NCBI GenBank assembly: GCA_033857715.1
Contig: JAWVDC010000071.1
Location: 11,932 to 75,931 of the forward strand
Length of the DNA stretch: 64,000 nucleotides
Source of the DNA: Gaiellaceae bacterium
Lineage (GTDB): Bacteria > Actinomycetota > Thermoleophilia > Gaiellales > Gaiellaceae
Reading direction: 5' to 3'
A program made the translations under genes and the position numbers. Below, piece by piece: positions 43,928-52,750 of this stretch; the first letter of the stretch is position 1, and the number at the start of each line of letters is the position of its first letter. The notes under the pieces are model-generated. The model searched no databases. It was given only the letters and a program-made list of their open reading frames with translations, and was not told the DNA's origin.

Positions 43928-44887
43928 GTGCAAACGGTTCTCGACATTTCGAACGACGTCGCCGCGGAGCTCGCAGGCATCGGTGACGGGATACTCGACG
44001 CCCTGCGTGAGCGGCTCGGGTGCACCATCAACCTGCGCGGAAACCGGCTGACGCTGACGGGCGACGACGTGAAGGTCGCCGAGGCGCAGGCCGTCGTCGA
44101 GGAGCTCGTCGAGCTCGTCGAAGGAGGGCAGGACGTCGGCGCCGGCACGGTCGACGCGATCCTCGGCGCACTCGACCAGGCCGAAGATGTCCGGGAGATC
44201 TTCGAGGACCTCGTCTGGTCGCACCGCGGCAAGAAGATCACGCCGAAGACCATCACGCAGAAGCGCTACGTCGACGCTATCCGCAACTGCACCGTCACGT
44301 TCGGCATCGGCCCCGCGGGAACCGGCAAGACGTATCTCGCCATCGCGCTCGCCGTCGCCGCCCTGTCCGAGCGGCAGGTGGGGCGGATCATCCTCACGCG
44401 CCCTGCGGTCGAGGCGGGCGAGCGGCTCGGCTTCCTCCCGGGTGACGTTCTCGCGAAGGTCGACCCGTACATGCGCCCGCTCTTCGACGCGCTCTACGAC
44501 ACGATGGACCCGGAGAAGCTCAACACGTTCATGGAGCGCGGCACGATCGAGGTTGCGCCGCTCGCCTTCATGCGCGGCCGCACGCTTAACGACAGCTTCG
44601 TCATCCTCGACGAGGCGCAGAACACGTCGCCTGAGCAGATGCAGATGTTCCTCACGCGGCTCGGGTTCGGGTCGAAGATGGTCGTGACCGGCGACGTGAC
44701 TCAGATCGACCTCCCGCGCGAGCAGGCTTCGGGTCTGATCCAGGTGCGCGACATCCTCTCGGCGGTCGACGGGATCGCGTTCGTCGAGTTCAGCCACAAG
44801 GACGTCGTGCGGCACAAGCTCGTGCAGCGGATCGTCGAGGCGTACAAGAAGCACGCCGAGTCGACCGGGACGCAGCGCTCCCGATGA
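43928..44887 (+). CDS. phoH: PhoH-like ATPase
   Basis: Track ORF of 319 aa with Walker A GPAGTGKTYLA. Also FLPGD and ILDEAQN. Confidence 0.9.
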   Translation: MQTVLDISNDVAAELAGIGDGILDALRERLGCTINLRGNRLTLTGDDVKVAEAQAVVEELVELVEGGQDVGAGTVDAILGALDQAEDVREIFEDLVWSHRGKKITPKTITQKRYVDAIRNCTVTFGIGPAGTGKTYLAIALAVAALSERQVGRIILTRPAVEAGERLGFLPGDVLAKVDPYMRPLFDALYDTMDPEKLNTFMERGTIEVAPLAFMRGRTLNDSFVILDEAQNTSPEQMQMFLTRLGFGSKMVVTGDVTQIDLPREQASGLIQVRDILSAVDGIAFVEFSHKDVVRHKLVQRIVEAYKKHAESTGTQRSR

Positions 44888-44897
44888 TCAAAGACCG

Positions 44898-45272
44898 GTG
44901 ATCGACGTCGCGGTCGACAACCGCAGCGGCGAGGAGGTCGACGAGGCGGGAGCGGTGGCCCTCGCGCAGCACGTTCTTGCCGGCGAGGGCGTCGAGTCGG
45001 GCGAGCTCGGTCTCGCTTTCGTCGGGCCGGAGGAGAGCCGCGCGCTTAAGAGCGAGCATCTCGGCATCGACGAGGCGACCGATGCGCTCGCATTTCCGCT
45101 CGACGGCCTCGACGAAGTGCCGGACGGCCTGCCACGCCAACTCGGGGACGTCGTCGTCTGCCCGCACGTGGTCGGCTCGGAGTGGCGCGGTCCGCTCGTC
45201 CACGCGCTGCTCCATCTCGTCGGCTATGACCACGGCCCCGAGATGGAGGCCCGCGAGGAGCTCTACACGTGA
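44898..45272 (+). CDS. ybeY: rRNA maturation endoribonuclease YbeY
   Basis: Track ORF of 124 aa with the zinc motif HALLHLVGYDH. Confidence 0.9.
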   Translation: MIDVAVDNRSGEEVDEAGAVALAQHVLAGEGVESGELGLAFVGPEESRALKSEHLGIDEATDALAFPLDGLDEVPDGLPRQLGDVVVCPHVVGSEWRGPLVHALLHLVGYDHGPEMEAREELYT

Positions 45273-46009
45273 GCCGGCCGGCACTCGGCCGTCCCGCTCC
45301 GGGGCGCGCGCCGACGCTGCTCGACAGCTTCAACTACGCGTTCGAAGGCGTCATCCACGTCCTCCGCACGCAGCGGAACCTCCGCCTCCACTTCCTTGCG
45401 GCGATCCTCGTCTTCGCTGCCGCGATCGCGCTCGGCGTCTCGCGGCTGCAGCTGATCGCGCTCGTCCTCTCGATCGCGTTCGTCCTCGTCGCCGAGATGC
45501 TCAACACGGCGATCGAGGGGGTGATCGACGTGTCGACCACGAGCTTCGACCCGAACGCGAAGCTCGCAAAGGACATCGCGGCCGGGGCGGTGCTCATCGC
45601 GTCGATTGCGGCGCTCGGCGTCGGCTATCTCGTCTTCGAGGACGCCGCCGGGACGCGCGGTACCCGCGTTCTCGACCGCGTCCGCAACGCGCCCGCGTCG
45701 CTGACGCTGGCGGCGCTCGTCCTCGTCGTACTCCTCGTGATCGTCACGAAGGCGTGGACGGGGAGGGGCACTCCGCTGCGCGGCGGGCTGCCGTCGGGGC
45801 ACACGGCGCTCGCCTTCTCCGGTTGGATGGCGGTGACGTACCTCGTCGGCGACCACCATCGCTTCGTCGTCTCGTCGCTCACGCTGATCATGGCCCTCCT
45901 CGTGGCGCAGACCCGCGTCGAGTCGGGTGTCCACTCCGTGCTCGAGGTCGCCTACGGCGGAGCCCTCGGCGCGATCGTCACGCTCGCGGTCTTCCAGGCG
46001 GTCTCGTGA
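45269..46009 (+). CDS. dgkA: diacylglycerol/undecaprenol kinase (DgkA) domain fused to a PAP2 phosphatase domain
   Basis: Track ORF of 246 aa. The N-terminal half carries DgkA blocks (FNYAFEGV, VAEMLNTAIE, AKDIAAGAVL). The C-terminal half carries PAP2 motifs (PSGHTA, QTRVESGVHSVLEV). Confidence 0.7.
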   Translation: MSRPALGRPAPGRAPTLLDSFNYAFEGVIHVLRTQRNLRLHFLAAILVFAAAIALGVSRLQLIALVLSIAFVLVAEMLNTAIEGVIDVSTTSFDPNAKLAKDIAAGAVLIASIAALGVGYLVFEDAAGTRGTRVLDRVRNAPASLTLAALVLVVLLVIVTKAWTGRGTPLRGGLPSGHTALAFSGWMAVTYLVGDHHRFVVSSLTLIMALLVAQTRVESGVHSVLEVAYGGALGAIVTLAVFQAVS

Positions 46010-46647
46010 GAGATCTCCTCGAGGAACAGAAGCGCTACTACGCCGAGCGGGCGCCGGAGTACGACGACTGGTGGTACAAGCGCGGGCGCTACGCCGTGGA
46101 GCCGGACGCGCTCGCGCGGTGGCAGGCCGACATCGCAGAGGTCGACGCCGCGCTCGAGGCGTTCGCGCCGCGCGGATCGGTGCTCGAGCTCGCAGCGGGG
46201 ACCGGGCTGTGGACGCGGAAGCTCGTCCGGCTCGCCGACCGCGTCGTCGCGGTGGATGCGAACCGCGAGACCCTTGCGCTCAACACGAACGAGGCTGAGC
46301 ACGTCCTCGCGGACGTCTTCGAGTTTCAGCCCGAGGAGGCGTTCGGCGTCGTCTTCTTCGGTTTCTGGCTCTCGCACGTACCGGAGGAACGGTTTGACTG
46401 CTTCTGGCGCACGGTGCGCTCGGCGCTCGCTCCCGGCGGCCGCGTGTTCCTCGTCGACAGCGGCCCGATCGAGACGGAACCGGGCGACGACCGGCAGGTG
46501 CGGCAGCTCGCCGACGGCCGCGAGTTCCGCATCGTCAAGAAGTTCTGGCGTCCTGCTGAGCTGACGGCGCGCGTCGCGGCGCTCGGCTTCGACCTGGAGC
46601 TCGGCCTGACGGCGAACGGCAACTTCCTGTACGGATTCGGGTCATGA
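46006..46647 (+). CDS. class I SAM-dependent methyltransferase
   Basis: The GTG at 46006 overlaps the dgkA stop. Motif I is VLELAAGTGLWT; RVFLVD is also present. Confidence 0.7.
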   Translation: MRDLLEEQKRYYAERAPEYDDWWYKRGRYAVEPDALARWQADIAEVDAALEAFAPRGSVLELAAGTGLWTRKLVRLADRVVAVDANRETLALNTNEAEHVLADVFEFQPEEAFGVVFFGFWLSHVPEERFDCFWRTVRSALAPGGRVFLVDSGPIETEPGDDRQVRQLADGREFRIVKKFWRPAELTARVAALGFDLELGLTANGNFLYGFGS

Positions 46648-47015
46648 CGGCCGACGAGCTTCTCGCACGGGCCGATGCGGCGGCGAAGAACGCGTACGCG
46701 CCGTACTCGAACTACTTCGTCGGCGCCGCGGCCCTTGCCCGCGACGGCCGGGTTTTCGCGGGCGCGAACGTCGAGAACGCCGCGTATCCGCTCGGGATCT
46801 GCGCCGAGCGATCCGCGATCGCGCAGGCGGCAGGAGAGGGCTTGCGGCCGGGCGAGCTCGAGGCGATCGCGATCACCGCGTCGCCGTGCGGCGGCTGCCG
46901 GCAGTGGATCCACGAGTGGCGGCTCGATCGCGTCTGGTTCCGTCGTGCGGACGGGTCCGTCGCGGAGCACGCGGCCGCCGACCTGCTCCCGGACACCTGG
47001 GAGCTCCCCGCGTGA
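46644..47015 (+). CDS. cdd: cytidine deaminase
   Basis: Track ORF of 123 aa with the zinc motifs CAERSA and PCGGCRQ. Confidence 0.85.
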   Translation: MTADELLARADAAAKNAYAPYSNYFVGAAALARDGRVFAGANVENAAYPLGICAERSAIAQAAGEGLRPGELEAIAITASPCGGCRQWIHEWRLDRVWFRRADGSVAEHAAADLLPDTWELPA

Positions 47016-47941
47016 GGTCAGGATTCGTCGCTGTCGCGGGCCGTCCGAACGTCGGCAAGTCGACGCTCGTGAACGCGCTTTGCGGGGGCAAGGTCGCGAT
47101 CGTCTCCGACAAGCCGCAGACGACGCGGCGGCGGATCTTCGGGATCGCGAACGGTGACGACTGGCAGCTCATCCTCGCCGACCTGCCCGGCTTCCAGCGG
47201 CCGCTCGACGAGCTGACGGAGCGGATGCAGAAGACAGTGGACGCCTCGTTCGAGGAGGTCGAAGCCGTGCTCTTCGTCCTCTCGGCGCGCGAGCGGATCG
47301 GCGCCGGCGATCGCTTCATCGCCTCGAAGGTGTTCGCGCTAGGCGTCCCGGTGGTCGTCGTGCTCAACAAGGTCGACCGGCTCAAGCCGTCGCACATCGC
47401 CGAGCAGATGGCCGGCGCGGCCAAGCTCGCCGCCGGGCCGAAGGCTCTCGCCGCCGGGGCGAGGTTCCGCGCCGATCATCCGGAGGCCGACTGGATCGAC
47501 AACTTCCACGCGCTCCATCCGGTCAGCGCGAAGACGGGTGACGGGATCGCCGCGCTGCGCGACGAGCTCGTCGCGCTCCTCCCGGAGGGCCCGCAGTACT
47601 TCCCGGCCGAGCAGCGGAGCGACCTCTCCCTCGAGATGCAGATCGCGGAGCTCGTACGCGAGAAGGCGCTCTGGCTGACGCGCGACGAGGTGCCGCACGC
47701 TATCTCCGCCGAGGTCGAGTCGATCGAGGACAAGACCGTGACCGCATCGATCCTCGTCGAGACGGAGTCGCAGAAGCAGATCCTCGTCGGAAAGGGCGGC
47801 GCGATGGTGAAGGACATCGGCACGCGCGCGCGGCCCGAGATCGAGGAGCTGCTCGGCCACTCGGTGTTCCTCGAATTGCGCGTCAAGGTGCGCCCGAAAT
47901 GGCGCCGCGACGCGGCGACGCTGGAGCGTCTAGGGCTCTAG
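47012..47941 (+). CDS. era: GTPase Era
   Basis: The GTG at 47012 overlaps the cdd stop. G motifs are GRPNVGKST, DLPG and NKVD, and there is a C-terminal KH domain (VGKGGAMVKDIG). A roughly 25-aa insertion follows the G4 motif. Confidence 0.9.
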   Translation: MRSGFVAVAGRPNVGKSTLVNALCGGKVAIVSDKPQTTRRRIFGIANGDDWQLILADLPGFQRPLDELTERMQKTVDASFEEVEAVLFVLSARERIGAGDRFIASKVFALGVPVVVVLNKVDRLKPSHIAEQMAGAAKLAAGPKALAAGARFRADHPEADWIDNFHALHPVSAKTGDGIAALRDELVALLPEGPQYFPAEQRSDLSLEMQIAELVREKALWLTRDEVPHAISAEVESIEDKTVTASILVETESQKQILVGKGGAMVKDIGTRARPEIEELLGHSVFLELRVKVRPKWRRDAATLERLGL

Positions 47942-49023
47942 GAACAGTGCGGGCCGCCGTGCGTGGTGGCCCATCTCTTCAGCGCGCGGATACGTCCGGC
48001 CGCTTGCGCGAGTCTCGCCCGGAGAGCGCTCGAGCCCGGCGCGTCCGCGACGAGCGTCGCGTAACCCCGCTCGGCCGCGGATTCCGCGCCCCAGATCAGG
48101 AGGTCGGAGCCGGCGAGCATCGCCTTCGTCGCGGCGTGGGGAATCGCGCTCGGCGCCGGCGCGGTGAGCGAGTCCGTGACGGTGATTCCCTTGAAGCCGA
48201 GTTGCTGCCGGAGGATCCCGTCGATGATCTTGCGCGAGAAGGCCGCCGGCTTGCGCGTCGCGTCGAGCTGCGGGTAGATCGCCGTGTTGACCATCACAAG
48301 CTTGATGCCGACGTCGATCGTCGCCTGGAAGGGGAGCAGTCCCGGCTCGATCTTCGCCTTCGAGGCGTTGATCGTGATCTGGCCGTTGTCGGTGTTCCCG
48401 CCGGCGAGCCCGAGACCCGGGAAGTGCTTTGCCGTGGCGGCGACGCCGTTTTGCTGAAGCCCGCGGACGAACGCCTTCCCCAGGGCTGCGTTCCATGTGG
48501 TCGACCCCGAGAACGCGCGCGAGCCGAGGAAGTTGTCCGGCGAGCTCGGCGTGTCGACGACCGGCGCGAAGTCGATGTCGATGCCCGACTGGCGGAGAGC
48601 GAGTGCTGCAGCCGCGGCTTGATTGTGCGCGTCGGTCGCGCCCTTCATGTCGCCGGGGGCCTCGGTGGGCGGCGCCCAGGAGAGGCGCCGGACGATCCCG
48701 CCCTCCTGGTCGATCGCGATGAGGAGCGGCTCGCCGCGCGTGCAGGCCGCTGCCTGCAACGTGGTCGTGATCTGCTTGACCTTCGTGCGGGTGAGCCAGT
48801 CGTTGCCGAGGAACAGGACGCCGCCCATCTTCCCGTGACGGATGCGGGCGAGGAACGTGCTCGTCGGAGGCGCAGTGAGCGTCCCCATCACGACCTCGGC
48901 GGCGTTGCGGAAGCCGAGCGCCTGGTGCGCGGTGGTGGTCGCAGGAGCAGAACCGGCGCCGAGGCAGGCGGTGAGCGTCGCGAGCAACGCGATGGCGGCT
49001 CCGGTGGCGACCCCTCTCGGCAT
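47938..49023 (-). CDS. glycoside hydrolase family 3 N-terminal-domain lipoprotein (NagZ/LpqI-like beta-N-acetylhexosaminidase)
   Basis: Track ORF of 361 aa with the lipobox LATLTAC. Also IDQEGGIVRRL and KHFPGLG. Confidence 0.8.
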   Translation of the reverse strand: MPRGVATGAAIALLATLTACLGAGSAPATTTAHQALGFRNAAEVVMGTLTAPPTSTFLARIRHGKMGGVLFLGNDWLTRTKVKQITTTLQAAACTRGEPLLIAIDQEGGIVRRLSWAPPTEAPGDMKGATDAHNQAAAAALALRQSGIDIDFAPVVDTPSSPDNFLGSRAFSGSTTWNAALGKAFVRGLQQNGVAATAKHFPGLGLAGGNTDNGQITINASKAKIEPGLLPFQATIDVGIKLVMVNTAIYPQLDATRKPAAFSRKIIDGILRQQLGFKGITVTDSLTAPAPSAIPHAATKAMLAGSDLLIWGAESAAERGYATLVADAPGSSALRARLAQAAGRIRALKRWATTHGGPHCS

Positions 49024-49090
49024 GCCGAGAGAGTAGCGAGCGAATAGGCCGGACTAGACTCAGCGCGATGGCGCAGGCTCCCGAACCTGT

Positions 49091-50245
49091 TTGGCACCCG
49101 ATGGATCAGTGACGGCAGAGAGCCACGACTTTCCCGCCGCCCAGGACGTTCCCGCCTCCGTCGCAGACCCGACGGAATCGGAGCGGCTGCACCGCAACCT
49201 CACTCCCGCGATCGCGGAGGTCGGGGACGATCGCGGCTTCTTGCGCTACGTCATTGCGACGCTCGTGGCGATGTTCGTCGGCCTTGCGCTCGTGTTCACG
49301 CTCAACGCGCTCGTCGATCCGTTCTCGCTCATGGGCACGAAGCTCCTCCCGCCGGCGATCGAGACCGACCGCTCGATCAAGCTCGACCTGATCGACAAGC
49401 TCACGACGAACCCGCAGCTCGTCGTCCTCGGCAGCTCCCGCTCCCGCCAGGCGGAGCCGTCCTTCATCGACAAGCTTACCGGCCTCAAGACAGGCTTCAA
49501 CGCCGGCGTCACGGGCGGGAACGCCTCCGACGCCTGGGTGATGATGCGCAACATCGACGCCCGCTTCCCCGGCCAGAAGCGCACCTATGTCTGGTTCGTC
49601 GACTATCCGCTCGCGTCGAACGGGATCAACCCGCAGCTCGCCGAGGACTCCCGCTCCGGCCCGTATCTCGGCGGTCAGAGCGTCCGCTTCTCGCTCGCCG
49701 ACGTCGGCACGTATCTCGGCTTCCAGGCGACGCAGGCGTCGTACCGCGTGCTCAAGGCGTGTATCGAGGGACGCTGCCACGGGAGCCTCCTCTACAACGC
49801 CGACGGCTCGCTCCGCGGCGCAGCGCTCAGGTACCTGCCCGAGAACGCGCCGTCGCTGAAGAAGGCGGTGGCCGAGAAGCTCAAGGCCGTCCGCACGCAG
49901 TCGCTCACGCTGCCGCCTTTCACCCCGAAGCAGCTCTCGTACTTCACGAAGGCGCTCGCATGGATGAACGCGCACGGCGCGACGCCCGTCATCGTCCTCA
50001 ACCCGCAATACCCGAGCGTCTACCACCTCCTGCGCGAGCGCGGCTCACACCGCGAGGCCGAGGCGCTCGCCGAGCTCCACAAGCTCCAGCAGCGCTACCG
50101 CTTCGCCGTCGTCGACTGCGCCGACATTCGCCTCTGGGGCGGAAAGGCGCGGGACTTCAACAACGCGACGCACGTCAACCGCCGGAACATGCGGCGGATG
50201 CTCCGCTACATCGTCGCCAATTCCGATGGAGCGCTCACCCGGTGA
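49091..50245 (+). CDS. membrane-anchored DltD/AlgJ-like putative O-acyltransferase partner protein (paralog 1)
   Basis: Track ORF of 384 aa (TTG 49091 or GTG 49109) with one N-terminal helix. It has the Ser block VVLGSSRSR and the C-terminal block FNNATHVNRRNM. It is about 40% identical by eye to 51812-52750. The family call is an inference. Confidence 0.55.
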   Translation: MAPDGSVTAESHDFPAAQDVPASVADPTESERLHRNLTPAIAEVGDDRGFLRYVIATLVAMFVGLALVFTLNALVDPFSLMGTKLLPPAIETDRSIKLDLIDKLTTNPQLVVLGSSRSRQAEPSFIDKLTGLKTGFNAGVTGGNASDAWVMMRNIDARFPGQKRTYVWFVDYPLASNGINPQLAEDSRSGPYLGGQSVRFSLADVGTYLGFQATQASYRVLKACIEGRCHGSLLYNADGSLRGAALRYLPENAPSLKKAVAEKLKAVRTQSLTLPPFTPKQLSYFTKALAWMNAHGATPVIVLNPQYPSVYHLLRERGSHREAEALAELHKLQQRYRFAVVDCADIRLWGGKARDFNNATHVNRRNMRRMLRYIVANSDGALTR

Positions 50246-50251
50246 TAGTGC

Positions 50252-50404
50252 CCCACCCGGCAGTAGACAGGGCGGCCCCGACGGCTGCAAAGCTTCGCGC
50301 TGCCGCGTCCTCAGTCGCACCGATAGCCATGGCTATCGGTGCTCCCTGCGTCCTTGCATCGCTCGCTTTTCGCTCGCCGGAACCGCGTGTCTACCACCGG
50401 GCGG
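50252..50404. repeat. 153-bp structured palindromic intergenic repeat, copy 2
   Basis: Collinear with 3791-3943 and the same length. The central 26-nt perfect palindrome is GCACCGATAGCCATGGCTATCGGTGC (50317-50342). It ends 8 nt before the MBOAT GTG. Confidence 0.8.
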
Positions 50405-50411
50405 GGCACTA

Positions 50412-51812
50412 GTGCTCTTCAACTCGTACGTCTTCCTCTTCGGCTTCCTGCCGCCCGTGCTCGTCGGCGTCTGGGCGATGCGGATCAAGGACGCCCGCCT
50501 CCTCTTCATCACTCTCGCGTCGTGGGTGTTCTACGCGTGGTGGGACTGGCGCTTCCTGCCGCTCATGCTCTCGACGACGACCGTCGACTACGTCGCGGCG
50601 CTCGCGATCCACCGCACTGCCAACGCGCGGAAGCGGAACCTGTGGCTGATCGGCTCGCTCGCGGTCAACCTCGGCCTGCTCGGCTACTTCAAGTACGCGA
50701 GCTTCTTCCTCAACTCGCTCAACGGCCTGGGGAAGGCGATCGGCGCACCGGTCGGGCTCCCCGACCTCCACATCCTCCTGCCGATCGGGATCAGCTTCTA
50801 CACGTTCAACTCGATGTCGTACACGATCGACGTCTGGCGGGGCCGTGTCGAGCCGACGAAGCACATCCTCGAGTACTCGGCCTTCGTCGCACTCTTCCCG
50901 CACCTCATCGCGGGGCCGATCGTGCGGTTCATCGACCTCCAGCCGCAGTTGCGCATGCCCCGGCCGCGGCTGACCGCGGAAGCCGCGGGTGTCGGCGTGT
51001 ACTTCTTCGTGTGCGGCCTTACGAAGAAGCTGCTGCTCGCCGACCAGCTCTCGCCGCACGTCGACGCGCTCTTTGCGAACTCCAATCAGCTCGGCTTCGT
51101 CGGCTCGTGGGCGGCCGCGATCGGCTACGCGCTCCAGCTCTACTTCGACTTCTCGGGGTACTCGGACATGGCGGTGGGGCTCGCGTGGCTCATCGGCTTC
51201 CGGTTCCCCCAGAACTTCAACTCGCCGTACAAGGCGGTGAACGTGTCGGACTTCTGGCGGCGCTGGCACATGAGCCTGTCGGCGTGGTTCCGCGACTACC
51301 TCTTCATCCCGCTCGGCGGGTCGCGGCGTGGGGCGAGGCGGACGGTCGTCAACCTCGTGCTGACGATGTTCCTCGCCGGGCTCTGGCACGGTGCGGCGTG
51401 GACCTTCGTCGTGTGGGGGCTTGCGTGGGGGCTCGCGCTCGGTGTCCACGGCGTGCTCTCGAACCTCGGCTTGACGCCGAGGAGCCTGGTCGTCAATCGC
51501 GTTCTGACGTTCCTCTTCGCCGTTGCGGCTTTCGTCATCTTCCGCGCGCCGAATCTCCACGTCGCCGGGACGATCCTCTGGCGGATGGCCGGGACCGCCG
51601 GCGTCGAGTCGTGGGCGACGCTCCAGCCGTTCCTGCCGGGCCGGTTCATCCTCCTCCTGATCGCGCTACTCGCCTTCGTCCAGTTCGCGCCGAACACGTG
51701 GCAGGTGAGGCTCAGGCCGCGCTTCGTCTACGGCCTTGCGACTGGTGTTGCCGCCGCGCTGGCAGTAATGTCGATCGCGGTGCCGCATCCGTTCATCTAC
51801 TTCCAGTTCTGA
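50412..51812 (+). CDS. MBOAT-family membrane-bound O-acyltransferase (AlgI/DltB/PatA-like)
   Basis: GTG start at VLFNSYVFLFGFLP. It is polytopic and carries the signature FWRRWHMSLSAWFRDYLFIPLGGSR with the conserved His. Confidence 0.85.
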   Translation: MLFNSYVFLFGFLPPVLVGVWAMRIKDARLLFITLASWVFYAWWDWRFLPLMLSTTTVDYVAALAIHRTANARKRNLWLIGSLAVNLGLLGYFKYASFFLNSLNGLGKAIGAPVGLPDLHILLPIGISFYTFNSMSYTIDVWRGRVEPTKHILEYSAFVALFPHLIAGPIVRFIDLQPQLRMPRPRLTAEAAGVGVYFFVCGLTKKLLLADQLSPHVDALFANSNQLGFVGSWAAAIGYALQLYFDFSGYSDMAVGLAWLIGFRFPQNFNSPYKAVNVSDFWRRWHMSLSAWFRDYLFIPLGGSRRGARRTVVNLVLTMFLAGLWHGAAWTFVVWGLAWGLALGVHGVLSNLGLTPRSLVVNRVLTFLFAVAAFVIFRAPNLHVAGTILWRMAGTAGVESWATLQPFLPGRFILLLIALLAFVQFAPNTWQVRLRPRFVYGLATGVAAALAVMSIAVPHPFIYFQF

Positions 51813-52750
51813 TGCAGCGGGCTCTCATCGCGCTCGTGGTTGTGCTCGTGGCGGCGCTCACGGCCATCGGAGTCGCCCTCGCGCTCAGGCACACGAATGG
51901 GGACGGGAGCGCGAACGGCGATCCGAACGCCCACCTCCGTCCCTGCAGCGACGGCGGTGACCGCTTCACGAAGCTCCAGCTGATCGACCACCTCAGCACG
52001 GCGCCGCACATCGTCGTCCTCGGCAGCTCGCGCGCGCGCGTCGCGATGCCCGCGGCGGTGGAGTCGATCTACGGCGGCCCGGCGTTCAACGCCGGAGTTC
52101 AGGGAGGCGGCGCGCCCGACGAGTACGTCTTCACGCGGCTCCTCGCGCAGCGCTTCCCGGACGCGAAGCCGAAGTACGTCATCTTCGTGGACGTCTCGAT
52201 CGCCGGGGACACGGTGAATCCCGACCTCGCCGACCAGCCGCTCGCCCGCCCGTTCCTCGGCAACGACGCGGTCCCGGGGAAGTCGGCGTGCACGAACAAC
52301 GGCTTCTACACCGCCGACGGAGGGCTCTCGTACCCCGCCGCCACCAAGAACGCGCAGAAGGTCGCCAGGGAGGTCGCCGCGACGCTACGAGGCATTCCCG
52401 CCGACTCGAAGATCCCGCGCCACATCGCGCCCTCGTCGACGACGTACTTCCAGAAGCTCCTCCGGTTCATGAACGCGCAGGGAGCGACGCCGGTCATCGT
52501 CCTCAACCCGATCTACCCGACGATCCTCGCCGCGCGGAACAGGTACGGCTTCCCCGAGCTCAAGGCGGCGAACACGTACATCGCCTGGCTCCACAAGCGC
52601 TACGACTTCATCTTCCTCAACCTCGAGGACATCCGGAAATGGGGCGGCAAGCCGTCGAACTTCTGGAACAAGGATCACATCGATCGGCCGGGCATGGCCA
52701 AGATGCTCGCGTACATCGCTCACCACTCGAACGGCGTGCTGGCCCGCTAG
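51812..52750 (+). CDS. membrane-anchored DltD/AlgJ-like putative O-acyltransferase partner protein (paralog 2)
   Basis: The ATG at 51812 overlaps the MBOAT stop (TGATG). The N-terminal anchor is MQRALIALVVVLVAALTAIGVAL. Blocks VVLGSSRAR and FWNKDHIDRPGM are present. Confidence 0.55.
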   Translation: MQRALIALVVVLVAALTAIGVALALRHTNGDGSANGDPNAHLRPCSDGGDRFTKLQLIDHLSTAPHIVVLGSSRARVAMPAAVESIYGGPAFNAGVQGGGAPDEYVFTRLLAQRFPDAKPKYVIFVDVSIAGDTVNPDLADQPLARPFLGNDAVPGKSACTNNGFYTADGGLSYPAATKNAQKVAREVAATLRGIPADSKIPRHIAPSSTTYFQKLLRFMNAQGATPVIVLNPIYPTILAARNRYGFPELKAANTYIAWLHKRYDFIFLNLEDIRKWGGKPSNFWNKDHIDRPGMAKMLAYIAHHSNGVLAR

